Of a stretch of 64,000 nt of DNA, positions 16,277 to 26,150 are shown one piece after another. The stretch is from Minisyncoccota bacterium (GTDB lineage Bacteria; Patescibacteriota; Minisyncoccia; UBA6257; XYB1-36-10): NCBI GenBank assembly GCA_041651415.1, contig JBAZJH010000001.1:151713-215712 (forward strand), read 5' to 3'. A model generated the notes under the pieces. It was not told the DNA's origin. It did no database searches and saw only the letters and a program-made list of their open reading frames with translations. The position numbers were made by a program, and so were the translations under genes. Each line of letters begins with the position of its first letter. Within the stretch, counting starts at the first letter, position 1.

Positions 16277-17146
16277 ATGAGCCACATTCCGGTACTTTTA
16301 AAAGAAGTTTTAGAGAATCTTAAGCCAGAGGCGGGAGAATTTTTTATTGACTGCACTTTGGGAGACGGCGGACACGCAAAAGAGATTTTAGAAAAAATAG
16401 GCGAGAAAGGAAAGATGCTTCTCTTAGATTGGGATAAAGAAAATATTTCAAGATTTAAAAAAGAAAGAATAAAGAATGCTGTTTTGCAAGAAGGAAATTA
16501 TGCGGAAGCGGAAAAGTTTTTAGGAAAAGAAAAAGCGGACGGGCTCTTAGCGGACTTGGGATTTTCTTCGAGGCAACTCAAAGAATCGGGCCGAGGATTC
16601 AGTTTTAATCGGGACGGCGAGGAGCCGCTTCTCATGACTTATAGCGACGAATCGGAGCCGGTAGTGGAAATTTTAAGAAGATTGACGGAAGAAGAGCTGG
16701 CGAATGTCATCTATCAATACGGCGGAGAAAGATATTCAAGAAGAATAGCAAAAGCGATAAAAGAGGAGGAAAGAAGAGGGAAAATAGAAACAAACGGGAA
16801 ATTGGCGGAAGTGGTGAGAAGGGCGCTGCTGAGAGGATATGAAAGAGGAAGGATAGACCCGGCGACCAGAACTTTTCAAGCGCTTCGGATTTATGCCAAT
16901 CGGGAACTGGAAAATTTGGAAGAATTGCTAAAGAGTTTGCCGGAAATTATGAAGAGCGGCGGACGGGCGGGAATAATCACTTTTCATTCATTGGAGGACA
17001 AGCTGGTAAAAAATTATTTTAAAAATTATGAAAAAGAGGGAAAGGCAACTCTTTTAAATAAAAAACCAATAAGCGCTTCGCGCGAGGAAATTGAAAAAAA
17101 TCCAAGAAGCAGGTCGGCGAAGCTAAGAATAATTAAATTCAATTAA
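16277..17146 (+). CDS. rsmH: 16S rRNA (cytosine1402-N4)-methyltransferase RsmH (MraW)
   Basis: Synteny after mraZ. DCTLGDGGH and the SAM-binding pattern. Confidence 0.85.
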   Translation: MSHIPVLLKEVLENLKPEAGEFFIDCTLGDGGHAKEILEKIGEKGKMLLLDWDKENISRFKKERIKNAVLQEGNYAEAEKFLGKEKADGLLADLGFSSRQLKESGRGFSFNRDGEEPLLMTYSDESEPVVEILRRLTEEELANVIYQYGGERYSRRIAKAIKEEERRGKIETNGKLAEVVRRALLRGYERGRIDPATRTFQALRIYANRELENLEELLKSLPEIMKSGGRAGIITFHSLEDKLVKNYFKNYEKEGKATLLNKKPISASREEIEKNPRSRSAKLRIIKFN

Positions 17147-17152
17147 ATAAAA

Positions 17153-17443
17153 ATGACAATATTCAAACCAAAAAAGAAAACATATCTGAATAAAGCGGTG
17201 TTTGCTTTGGGATGCTTTTTAATGATGTTTCTCGGCGGGTGGCTTTATGTTCAGAATCTGAAAGTGGGAGTGACGCATGATTTGGAAAGCTTGGCGACAA
17301 ACTTCAGAGATTTGAAAGTCGCAAACGCGGAGATAAAGAATGAACTCTTCGGATTTTTCACTCCGGAGGAAGTAGCGGAAGCGGCAGGAGAGAGAGGACT
17401 TGTGAAAGACAATAATCCGGTATTTGTTTACGCGAGAAATTAG
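17153..17443 (+). CDS. ftsL: Cell division protein FtsL-like (single-TM)
   Basis: 96 aa with one TM helix. Position between rsmH and ftsI. Confidence 0.5.
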   Translation: MTIFKPKKKTYLNKAVFALGCFLMMFLGGWLYVQNLKVGVTHDLESLATNFRDLKVANAEIKNELFGFFTPEEVAEAAGERGLVKDNNPVFVYARN

Positions 17444-19112
17444 TTATAATAAAAAAGAGATGAAAACCAGATTCGCTTTAATAATTTTTTCTTTCACTCT
17501 TTTTTATCTGATTCTCGTTTTTAATTTATATACAATACAAGTTAAAAAAGGGGATCTTTATACGGCAAGAGCCGAGTCGCAAATTTCTTCAAAAGATTTA
17601 ACGGCGGCAAGAGGCAGTATTTATTTTTCCGACAAAGACGGCAATTTTATTCCGGCGGCGATAGAAAAAAAATATTACGAAATTTATGCCGTGCCGACAG
17701 AGATAGAGGACGCGGCGGAAGCGGCGGAAACGCTTTCGCCGGTTTTTGACATAGAAAAAGAGGAATTACTAAGAATGTTCAGCAAAGAAAAAGACCAGTA
17801 TGAACTTTTAAAAAGCAGAGTGGCGGAAGAAGATTTGGCGTCTTACTCCGAAGCGGAAAATGTGAAAGGAATATATAAAAAAGCCGAGCCGAGCCGATTT
17901 TATCCTTTAGAGAAAATCGGAGCGCATATTTTGGGGTATACAAGTTTTGATGAAGAAACTTCCATGCTTTCGGGAAAATACGGAGCGGAGTCTTATTTTA
18001 ACGAATTATTATCGGGAGAAAACGGAGGGGCGGAAGGAGACAAAACAAAGAGGCCGATAGCCGGAGAAGATTTATTTTTAACCATAGACAGAAATATCCA
18101 ATATCAGGCGGAAGAAATTTTGGAGAAATTAGTCAGTAACTATAAAGGAAAGAGCGGAAGTGTTTTAGTGGAAGACCCGAAAACCGGAAGAATTTTAGCC
18201 ATGGCAAGCATTCCCAGTTTTGACCCGAACAGCTATTCAAAATATCCGATAGAAAATTTTTTGAATCCGAGCGTCCAATCAATTTATGAACCGGGTTCAA
18301 TTTTTAAAATTTTTACCATGGCGGCGGGGCTGGACAGCGGAGCGGTAACGCCGGAAACAACTTATTACGATTCAGGAGAGGTGAAAATGAACGGACGGAC
18401 GATAAAAAATTGGGATTTGAAAGCGCATGGCACGCAAACGATGACAAATGTGATTGAGCAGTCTTTGAATACGGGAATGGTTTTTGTGGAAAAACAAATC
18501 GGGCATTCCAAATTTTTGGAATATATGAACACTTTCGGCTTTGACGAGAAAACCGAAATAACTTTGCCGGGAGAAGTGGCGGGGACCTTTGGAAATTTGG
18601 AAAAAAATCCGCAGGACATAAATTTTGCGACAGCTTCTTTCGGGCAAGGAGTTTCTCTGACGCCAATCGGACTTTTGCGGGGAGTGTCGGCAATCGCGAA
18701 TGGCGGAGTTTTAATCAAACCGACTGTAAACGCAAGAGACGGAATAAAAGAAGAGGGAGCGGCGGTTGGAAAAGACGCGGCGAAAAAAATAACAGAGATG
18801 ATGGTTTCAGCAGTGGAAAAAGCTCAAGTCGCGGCGATTTCCGGTTATAACGTGGCGGGAAAAACCGGAACGGCCCAAGTGCCTAATTTTAAAAAGGGAG
18901 GATATACGGACGAAGTGATAAACACTTATTCGGGATTCGCTCCGGCTTTTGACCCGAGATTCGTTATTTTGATAAAACTGGACGAACCGGTCGGAGCGCC
19001 GCTTGCCGGACAAACCGTGGTGCCGGCTTTTCGCGAACTGGCGGAATTCATTTTAAATTATTATAATATTCCGCCGGACAAAGAAACGGAGAAAAATAAA
19101 ACAAATGATTAG
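17424..19112 (+). CDS. ftsI: Peptidoglycan D,D-transpeptidase FtsI / PBP2-class penicillin-binding protein
   Basis: N-terminal TM, PBP dimerisation domain, SxxK (SIFK), and KTGT motifs. Confidence 0.85.
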   Translation: MFTREISYNKKEMKTRFALIIFSFTLFYLILVFNLYTIQVKKGDLYTARAESQISSKDLTAARGSIYFSDKDGNFIPAAIEKKYYEIYAVPTEIEDAAEAAETLSPVFDIEKEELLRMFSKEKDQYELLKSRVAEEDLASYSEAENVKGIYKKAEPSRFYPLEKIGAHILGYTSFDEETSMLSGKYGAESYFNELLSGENGGAEGDKTKRPIAGEDLFLTIDRNIQYQAEEILEKLVSNYKGKSGSVLVEDPKTGRILAMASIPSFDPNSYSKYPIENFLNPSVQSIYEPGSIFKIFTMAAGLDSGAVTPETTYYDSGEVKMNGRTIKNWDLKAHGTQTMTNVIEQSLNTGMVFVEKQIGHSKFLEYMNTFGFDEKTEITLPGEVAGTFGNLEKNPQDINFATASFGQGVSLTPIGLLRGVSAIANGGVLIKPTVNARDGIKEEGAAVGKDAAKKITEMMVSAVEKAQVAAISGYNVAGKTGTAQVPNFKKGGYTDEVINTYSGFAPAFDPRFVILIKLDEPVGAPLAGQTVVPAFRELAEFILNYYNIPPDKETEKNKTND

Positions 19113-20346
19113 AACAACATTGCGGATTCTCGCAAAAAACACCATAAAAAAGTACCAGCCGGAAATAATCGGGGTAGCGGGCGGAGTGGGAAAGACTTCT
19201 GCTATGGAAGCCATTTTTTTAGTTTTAAAGCAACAGAAAAGAACGAGAATAATGAAAAACTTTGAAGACGCGGAACTTTCGGCTCTTCTTGCTATTTTGG
19301 GAGGAGAAAAAAAATCTTTTCTCGCAATTGTTTCTTTAATATTTCTTTCGGTCTTCCGGCTTATTTTTAAATCTTCTTCCTATCCGGAAGTTTTGATTTT
19401 GGAATACGAAAGCGGCAGAGAAAAAAATCTGAAAAAAATTTTGCTTTTTGCCCGGCCGAATATCGCTGTTGTTACGGCTTTTGGGGAAATTCCACCCGGA
19501 ACGGAATTTTTTCCCAATCCGCAGGCGGCGATGAGAGAAAAAGGGAAAATAGTGGAACATCTTCCGGCTTCCGGTTTTGCGATTTTAAATTATGACGACC
19601 CGGAGGTTTTTAAAATGAAAGAACGGACGAAAGGAAAAATCTTAACTTACGGATTTAAAAAAGGAGCGGATATTTTGGTTTCCGGTTTGGAAAATAAAGA
19701 AGACGAGGAGGGGCCAAAAGGAATTTCATTTAAAATAGGCGACAGGGAAACATTCGTGCCAGTGAGAATAAACGGAACAGCCGGAAAAACGCAAGCATAT
19801 GCCGCGGCGGCGGGAGCGGCGGTCGGATTGATTTTAAGCGTAAATTTAGTTAAGATTTCTCAAGCATTATCTTCTTTTTCTCCGTCAAAAGGCAGGATGA
19901 AAATAGTGAAAGGAATAAAGAAAACCTTTATTTTGGACGATACTTATGAATCTTCGCCATTGTCGCTTTCTTCGGCTCTTGAAACTTTAAAAAAACTTTC
20001 AGCGAAAAGAAAAATTGCGGTTTTAGGAGATATGACGGAAATCGGAAGATATTCCATAGAAGCGCATGAGGAAGCGGGAAGAAAAGCGGCGAAGGCGGCG
20101 AATATTGTGATAACCGCAGGAGCGCGTTCAAAATTTATAGCGGAAGCGGCGATAAAAGCGGGGATGCCGAAAAAGAATATTTTTTCTTTTGAAGATTTAT
20201 ATCAAGCAGGAAAGAAAACGCAGGAAGTTTTGAAGGAAGGGGATTTAGTTTTGATAAAAGGAGGAAAAGAGCTGAAAATGGAAAAGGCGGTGGAAGAAAT
20301 AATGATGGAACCGATGAAAGCCAGAGAATTGATTTTGCAAAGATAA
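19105..20346 (+). CDS. murF: Mur ligase family protein, MurF-like (UDP-MurNAc-tripeptide D-Ala-D-Ala ligase), divergent
   Basis: P-loop-like IGVAGGVGKTS and the C-terminal DDTYESSPLSLSSAL motif (compare the MurF DDSYNANP motif). Position after ftsI. Confidence 0.55.
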   Translation: MIRTTLRILAKNTIKKYQPEIIGVAGGVGKTSAMEAIFLVLKQQKRTRIMKNFEDAELSALLAILGGEKKSFLAIVSLIFLSVFRLIFKSSSYPEVLILEYESGREKNLKKILLFARPNIAVVTAFGEIPPGTEFFPNPQAAMREKGKIVEHLPASGFAILNYDDPEVFKMKERTKGKILTYGFKKGADILVSGLENKEDEEGPKGISFKIGDRETFVPVRINGTAGKTQAYAAAAGAAVGLILSVNLVKISQALSSFSPSKGRMKIVKGIKKTFILDDTYESSPLSLSSALETLKKLSAKRKIAVLGDMTEIGRYSIEAHEEAGRKAAKAANIVITAGARSKFIAEAAIKAGMPKKNIFSFEDLYQAGKKTQEVLKEGDLVLIKGGKELKMEKAVEEIMMEPMKARELILQR

Positions 20347-20371
20347 TTTACTTCTTAAAGAGGATTATAAA

Positions 20372-20443
20372 GGCCCTTTCGTCTAGCGGCTAGGACACGG
20401 CCCTCTCACGGCCGGAACACGGGTTCGATTCCCGTAGGGGTCA
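20372..20443 (+). tRNA. tRNA-Glu (anticodon CTC)
   Basis: Cloverleaf folded by hand: acceptor GGCCCUU/AGGGGUC, D-arm UCGUCUAGCGGCUAGGA, anticodon stem CGGCC/GGCCG with loop CUCUCAC, T-arm ACGGGUUCGAUUCCCGU. Very similar to E. coli tRNA-Glu. Confidence 0.85.
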
Positions 20444-20484
20444 CAAATTTATGTTACGAAGTACGAAGTGGGTATGTTTTGTTT

Positions 20485-21171
20485 TCATTTAATAAAATGG
20501 AAAGAGGAAAGGATCTGTCGTCCGATTTCAAAATCCTCTGCATTTATTATATGAATATATCCTTTTCCATACTTTGCATATTCAATAAAATAGGTTCTAG
20601 TTCTTGAAATCTTGCCATAATCATAATCAACGATGACTTCTAGTGAGTTTATATTATTTTCGTTTTTTACTTCTTTGATTGAGACTAATTTACCACTTTC
20701 TTGCCAAAAATCCCACGCCTGCGTTTCTTCTATATATTGCCTTAGAGTCAGAGATTTATATTTATCCTCAAAATACCGAACAGTTAAATATATATATGTA
20801 CCATTATACGGGTCCATATCCTTACTCCGTAATGTTATATTAGAATTATCATTAACAATTTCTATTTTATTATTAGGATCACTAAAGCTAAACTCAATTC
20901 CCCAATAATCATTATGGTATATTTTTACTCCAGAATCTGACATTGTTACCTCTCCCTGATAAATTTTGTTTATATTACCAAAAATCGGGGCATAATTTTT
21001 CTCGTTATTTTCTATATTACTTTCTAAACTTTTTTCGTTTTCTGTCTCTTCTTTATTAATATTAATTCCTTTCTGCCAATAACCCCATCCCAAAACAGCC
21101 AAAACAACACAAGCTAAGACAATAAGAGATGATTTCGTAGACATAAATCCGTATATATTTATTAATTTCAA
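20485..21171 (-). CDS. Hypothetical membrane-anchored/secreted protein
   Basis: N-terminal TM/signal anchor. No known motifs. Confidence 0.45.
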   Translation of the reverse strand: MKLINIYGFMSTKSSLIVLACVVLAVLGWGYWQKGININKEETENEKSLESNIENNEKNYAPIFGNINKIYQGEVTMSDSGVKIYHNDYWGIEFSFSDPNNKIEIVNDNSNITLRSKDMDPYNGTYIYLTVRYFEDKYKSLTLRQYIEETQAWDFWQESGKLVSIKEVKNENNINSLEVIVDYDYGKISRTRTYFIEYAKYGKGYIHIINAEDFEIGRQILSSFHFIK

Positions 21172-21527
21172 TTCTTATGTTTATCATAAAACATCTAACC
21201 AAATTTTAAAAATTAGAAAGGAAATTTTTTTACAAATAAAAACCCTGCATATTAAAGCAGGGGAAGACATAAATACATATAGATTGGCATATTCATCGTT
21301 TTTTTGATCGAGTTAACCACATCATAAAACCAACAACAGTCGTAAATGTTAACAATCCAACCATGTTCTCAATCATCTTTTTTACTCCTTCTCTTTATAA
21401 AAAGTTATTAAATTATTCTTCTTTTATATTATACGATTTTTAATTTCAAAGCTATTTTTTTGTTTTTTAAAATTCAATCTTCTGCTATAATAAACAGGTA
21501 AAGTACTTAGAATTAAAAAAATAAAAA

Positions 21528-22301
21528 ATGGGAGAAAATAATAAAGATTTTTTAGTTCGGCCGGCGGCAATTTTGGGAATTTCAATTATCGTCGGAACTT
21601 TTCTTTGGTCCAGTTATTTTTATAAAACTAAATCAATAGAAAACGCCATTACGGTGACGGGGAGTTCGGAGCGGATGATAAGTTCCGATACGGCGAGATG
21701 GTCTTCAAACTTTTCGAGGTCTGTCGGGGCAGGCGGGCTTAATGCCGGAAGCGCGGAAATGAAAAAAGATTTAGAGGCGGTTATCGCTTATTTCAAAAGC
21801 CAAGGATTAACTGATGCGGAAATTACCGTTCAGCCGGTTTCTGTGAGTTCGACTTGTGATGAAACCAACAATTATATGTATGATAAATTCGGGGGAAGAT
21901 TGTGCAGCGCCGACCGCATTTCCGGATATTCTTTTCAGCAGTCCATTGTTGTTCAATCGACGGACGTCGCAAAAATCACCAAGCTGGCGCAGGATTCGGT
22001 TAATTACCTAACCACCCGAGGCATCATCTTCTCCAGCCAGAATTTGGATTATTTTTACAGCAAGCTTTCTGACCTGAAAATAGAAATGCTGGCAGAAGCG
22101 ACAGTGAACGCAAGAGAGCGGGCTAAAAATATCGCCGAAAGCTCCGGCGGAAAACTGGGAGCTCTGAAGAGCGCGAGCCAAGGAGTTTTCCAAATAACCC
22201 AGCCGAACTCCATTGAAGTTTCCGATTATGGCATGTATGACACTTCCACGATTGAAAAGAAGATCACGGCGGTGGCGAGAGTTTCTTTCTTAGTTAAATA
22301 A
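21528..22301 (+). CDS. SIMPL (DUF541) domain protein, membrane-anchored
   Basis: N-terminal TM, then the SIMPL-like fold pattern. Paralogous to 22995-23765 (for example VTGSSER/VTGEGKS and the C-terminal VSFLVK/VNLVYEIR). Confidence 0.6.
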   Translation: MGENNKDFLVRPAAILGISIIVGTFLWSSYFYKTKSIENAITVTGSSERMISSDTARWSSNFSRSVGAGGLNAGSAEMKKDLEAVIAYFKSQGLTDAEITVQPVSVSSTCDETNNYMYDKFGGRLCSADRISGYSFQQSIVVQSTDVAKITKLAQDSVNYLTTRGIIFSSQNLDYFYSKLSDLKIEMLAEATVNARERAKNIAESSGGKLGALKSASQGVFQITQPNSIEVSDYGMYDTSTIEKKITAVARVSFLVK

Positions 22302-22311
22302 AGCGGAGATT

Positions 22312-22340
22312 AAAAAAATTTCCCCTCGATATTATCGGGG
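22312..22340 (+). terminator. Rho-independent terminator (CCCCTCGATAttatCGGGGGG + T-run)
   Basis: Seen directly downstream of 21528-22301. Confidence 0.6.
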
Positions 22341-22356
22341 GGATTTTTTGTAAGGA

Positions 22357-22869
22357 TTAAATAAGAATATTATCTACGGGAAAGAAAAAGCAGGAATAAA
22401 GAGGTTCGTCAAATTCAATCTTTCGGTTCTTATAACCTTTTGAGGCATATACCCGGAGATGTCCATCCCAAGGTTGTATCTCTAGTAATACACCTCCTTC
22501 AAGCAGAAAATAAGATGATTCATTATTATTTTTTCTTATTATCACTCTTTCTTTGCAAAAAGGTTTTGTTTCTTTTTTACAGAGATAAGCAATCTGGTGT
22601 TGAGTAAAACAAACACTCAAATGAGAAGGAAAATTAAAGATTTCTCCAAAACAGACTTCTCTCCCTGCGTTCGGATTCAATTTATACATAGAAACGATAG
22701 TTTCTAGAGTTGATTCTGAAGAATGAGATAATCCTTCATCCCTAAACCATTCGATAGGACAAAGTCTTTCTCCAAAAATGCCGGAAGAATATAATGTTTC
22801 TTCTCCGGAAAGCGGCGGTAGAACAATTTTATTCATAGTTTTCATCAAGACATCTTTGCCGGTTCTCAT
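22357..22869 (-). CDS. Hypothetical protein
   Basis: 170-aa ORF between the two SIMPL paralogs. No motif recognised. Confidence 0.45.
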   Translation of the reverse strand: MRTGKDVLMKTMNKIVLPPLSGEETLYSSGIFGERLCPIEWFRDEGLSHSSESTLETIVSMYKLNPNAGREVCFGEIFNFPSHLSVCFTQHQIAYLCKKETKPFCKERVIIRKNNNESSYFLLEGGVLLEIQPWDGHLRVYASKGYKNRKIEFDEPLYSCFFFPVDNILI

Positions 22870-22994
22870 TTTTAACGCTCCTTTTTAAAAAGAATTTCAA
22901 ATTTCTGCCATAGCTTTACCACAACTGTCTTATTGAAGTCAATAACGGCTTGCTGTTATAATAAAAAAGTCCTTAAAATTAAAAAAATAAAAAA

Positions 22995-23765
22995 ATGAGC
23001 GAAGCAGTAAAAAAATATTTAGGGTGGGCGGGGATTTTTGCCTTAATTTTAGTCGGTTATTCTTCTTATAAATATGCGAGCGTTTATGACCGCTCGATAA
23101 GTTCGCCAAGAAGCTTTTCCGTAACCGGAGAAGGAAAGTCGGTGGTGATTCCAGACGTGGCGGAATTCAGCTTTAGCGTGATAACGGAAGGCGGAAAAGA
23201 AGTAGCGGATTTACAGAGCAAAAACACGGAAAAAGTGAATGCGGCCATCGCTTTCTTGAAAGAATCGGGAATAGAAGCAAAAGACATTAAAACGGAAGGA
23301 TATGGCATCAATCCGAGATATAAAAATAATGATTATCGCGTGTTAAGCAGTTCAAGCTTGCCGCCGGAAATCGTCGGATACACGATAACGCAAACAGTTT
23401 CCGTGAAAGTGAGAGATTTTTCCAAAACGGGAGATATTCTTTCGGGAGTGGTGAAAGCGGGCGCCAATTCGGTTTCCAGTTTGAGTTTCACGATAGACGA
23501 CCCGACAGTCGCTCAAAATGAAGCAAGGAAAGAAGCGATAGAAAAAGCGGAGAAGAAGGCGAAAGAAATGGCAAAAGCGGCTGGGTTCAGATTGGGAGAT
23601 TTAGTTTCGATAAACGACAGCAATTATTATCCTTATTACGCCAAAACAATGAGCGCGTCATCTTACGGAATGGGCGAAGATATAGCGCTTGAATCAGCTC
23701 CTATTATTGAAGCCGGATCGCAGGAAGTAACGGTTAATGTCAATTTAGTTTACGAGATACGGTAA
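22995..23765 (+). CDS. SIMPL (DUF541) domain protein, paralog
   Basis: Same architecture as 21528-22301. Shares the duplicated upstream region TATAATAAA...TTAAAAAAATAAAAAAATG. Confidence 0.6.
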   Translation: MSEAVKKYLGWAGIFALILVGYSSYKYASVYDRSISSPRSFSVTGEGKSVVIPDVAEFSFSVITEGGKEVADLQSKNTEKVNAAIAFLKESGIEAKDIKTEGYGINPRYKNNDYRVLSSSSLPPEIVGYTITQTVSVKVRDFSKTGDILSGVVKAGANSVSSLSFTIDDPTVAQNEARKEAIEKAEKKAKEMAKAAGFRLGDLVSINDSNYYPYYAKTMSASSYGMGEDIALESAPIIEAGSQEVTVNVNLVYEIR

Positions 23766-23789
23766 AAAAGAAAGAAAAGATAAAAAAGA

Positions 23790-23816
23790 AAAGCTCCGTT
23801 ATTGCGGAGCTTTTTT
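23790..23816. terminator. Bidirectional terminator (AAGCTCCG-ttattg-CGGAGCTT flanked by A and T runs)
   Basis: Seen directly. Lies between convergent genes. Confidence 0.6.
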
Positions 23817-24146
23817 GCATATTGATTTTAAAAACAGGAAAAAACAAAGAAGAAAAATGGCCGGGCTGAGATTTTCTAAAATCTCAATTAAATTTCCCAA
23901 AATTCCGATCAGAAAATAATCCGGAGGAGATAAAAAAGAAAGAGAAAGATAACCTCCGGCGAGAAAAGCAAGCTCATTCGGTTTTTCTTCAATTGTTCTT
24001 TTTTCCTCCGGCTCCCTTTCAAATACATAAATCGAAAGAACTTCCAGAAAAATTAAAATACCTAAAAAAATATCTGAAACCGCAATAACTGAACAAAGAC
24101 AAATAAAGAGCATTTCTAACATAAGGCATAACCTCCTTTTTGCCAT
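23799..24146 (-). CDS. Hypothetical small membrane protein
   Basis: 115-aa ORF with 2-3 TM segments. Weak support. Confidence 0.3.
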   Translation of the reverse strand: MAKRRLCLMLEMLFICLCSVIAVSDIFLGILIFLEVLSIYVFEREPEEKRTIEEKPNELAFLAGGYLSLSFLSPPDYFLIGILGNLIEILENLSPAIFLLCFFLFLKSICKKAPQ

Positions 24147-24247
24147 TCGCCAATTGACGGAGACATATTTTTAAGAACTGCCGAAAGATTAAACTTCTTT
24201 TTATTTTTCGTCAATAAAAATTTCATTTTGTTTTAATTAAATTTTTG

Positions 24248-24260
24248 TTAGAATAAGAAG
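24248..24260 (+). promoter_or_regulatory. TTAGAATAAGAAG motif upstream of tpiA (shared with the pgk upstream palindrome)
   Basis: The identical 12-mer TTAGAATAAGAA occurs at 12044-12055 upstream of pgk. Confidence 0.35.
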
Positions 24261-24298
24261 AAAGGCAGCTCCTCGACACGAGCTCGGAGAATAATAAA

Positions 24299-25006
24299 AT
24301 GAAAACAATAATATTCAATTGGAAGATGAATCCGGAAACGGCAGAAGAAGCCGTGAAAATATTCAAAGCGGAAAGTTCGGCATTGGGAGAAAAAAAAATA
24401 AAAATAATGGCGGCTCCGCCCTTTGTCTATTTGGATAAGCTTTCCAAAATAAAATCAAAAGTGGAACTCGCAGGGCAAAATTTGTTTTTTGAGGAGAAAG
24501 GAGCGTTTACCGGCGAAGTGTCGGCCAAAATGCTTAAAAATTTTAATGTGAAAGCGGTGATTATCGGGCATTCGGAAAGAAGGGCTCTCGGGGAAACCGA
24601 TGAGGCGGTAAACAAAAAAATAAAAGCGGCTTTAAAGGAAGGGATAAAGGCGGTGGTGTGCGTGGGAGAAAAGAAAGAGGGGAAGGCGGCGGAAAGTTTC
24701 GTTTTAAGCCAAATTAAAAAAGCTTTTGAGGGAATTGATTTAAAAAAAGAAAGAAAAAATATTTTAGTCGCTTATGAGCCGATTTTTGCTATCGGCACGG
24801 GGAAAAGCGCGACTGCGGAATATGCTTCCAAAATAGCTTCGGCTATTAAAAAAGAGATTGGAGAAATGCCGGTTCTTTACGGCGGTTCAGTAAACGGAAA
24901 AAACATAGAATCATTTTTAAAAGCAAAAAATATAGACGGGGCGCTGGTCGGCGGAGCCAGCTTAAAAATCGAGGAAACAAAAGAAATAATCGAAAAAGCA
25001 AAATGA
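24299..25006 (+). CDS. tpiA: Triosephosphate isomerase
   Basis: IIFNWKMNP, IIGHSERR, and the VAYEPIFAIGTG motifs. Confidence 0.9.
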   Translation: MKTIIFNWKMNPETAEEAVKIFKAESSALGEKKIKIMAAPPFVYLDKLSKIKSKVELAGQNLFFEEKGAFTGEVSAKMLKNFNVKAVIIGHSERRALGETDEAVNKKIKAALKEGIKAVVCVGEKKEGKAAESFVLSQIKKAFEGIDLKKERKNILVAYEPIFAIGTGKSATAEYASKIASAIKKEIGEMPVLYGGSVNGKNIESFLKAKNIDGALVGGASLKIEETKEIIEKAK

Positions 25007-25677
25007 AAGAAACGGAAAAGATATTTTTAACAACCGCAGACGGAAAAAAGATTGCCGGGATTTTTAGAAAACCGGAAAATCCTTCTTTTTGGGCGATTTT
25101 AATCCATATGCGCCCGGCGACCAAAGAATCATGGGATGAATTTGCCGGAGAACTTTTCAATAAAAATATCGCGTCTTTAGCTATAGACCTGCGAGGACAC
25201 GGGGAATCGGATAACGGGCCGGACGGATATTTAAAAAGCGAAAACGATTCGGAAAATATTTATGATTTAGAAAGCGCGGATGAGTTTTTAAGAAGCAAAG
25301 GAGCGGAGCCGAAAAATATCGTTTTTATAGGCGCTTCTATCGGAGCTAATCTGTCTTTAAAATTTTTAAGCGAAAATAAATATTTTAAAACAGCCATTCT
25401 TTTTTCTCCCGGATTAAATTATAGAGGAGTATCAGGAGAAGAAGCGGCTGAAAAAATAAGTTCCGGACAAAGAGTTCTTTTCATATCCAGCCGTGATGAC
25501 GATAGGGTCTTGGGAAATGAGTCGGAGACGCAAAAACTCTTTGACTTGGTTCCTCTTGATGCGGAAAAAGAAATCGTGGTTTATGAAAAAGGAGGACATG
25601 GCACGCAAATTTTAAAAACGGAAGAGTTGCCGGAAATAAAAGAAACAATCATTAATTTTATAATTAAAGAAAAATAA
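25003..25677 (+). CDS. Alpha/beta hydrolase (dienelactone hydrolase/esterase-like)
   Basis: GASIGANLS nucleophile elbow (GxSxG) and a DLRGHGES-type fold pattern. Confidence 0.65.
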   Translation: MKETEKIFLTTADGKKIAGIFRKPENPSFWAILIHMRPATKESWDEFAGELFNKNIASLAIDLRGHGESDNGPDGYLKSENDSENIYDLESADEFLRSKGAEPKNIVFIGASIGANLSLKFLSENKYFKTAILFSPGLNYRGVSGEEAAEKISSGQRVLFISSRDDDRVLGNESETQKLFDLVPLDAEKEIVVYEKGGHGTQILKTEELPEIKETIINFIIKEK

Positions 25678-25685
25678 AAAAATAA

Positions 25686-26150
25686 ATGAAGCTTTTAAAG
25701 CAAGTTTTTAAGTTTGTTTTGGTTGGCGGATTGAATACGGGAATAGATATCGGCATTCTGACTTTTTTAATGAAAATAAGCGGAATAACCGGAGGATATT
25801 CTTATGCCGTTTTTAAGGCATTTTCATCTCTTATAGCCATAACAAACAGTTATTTTTTAAACAAAAGATGGACATTCAGAGATAAAAGCCAGGAAAATTT
25901 AGAGCAGGCAAGCCAGTTCTTTTTTGTGAGCGGAATAGGGCTTTTGATAAACGTGGCGGCGGCATCACTCGTAAATAATTTCGTTCTGCCGATTGAACCG
26001 TTAATCGCTTTTATTAACTTCTTCCTTAATCTAGTTGGAATAACTCTTAATAGCAACGAAATTTGGGGGGTGCTGTCGGCTGCAGCCGGTTCAATTTCCG
26101 GATTGGGATGGAATTTTCTCGGATATAAATTTTTCATTTTTAAGAAATAA
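25686..26150 (+). CDS. GtrA family membrane protein (polysaccharide biosynthesis/flippase-associated)
   Basis: FKFVLVGGLNTGIDIGIL N-terminus and 4 TM helices. 154 aa. Confidence 0.7.
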   Translation: MKLLKQVFKFVLVGGLNTGIDIGILTFLMKISGITGGYSYAVFKAFSSLIAITNSYFLNKRWTFRDKSQENLEQASQFFFVSGIGLLINVAAASLVNNFVLPIEPLIAFINFFLNLVGITLNSNEIWGVLSAAAGSISGLGWNFLGYKFFIFKK

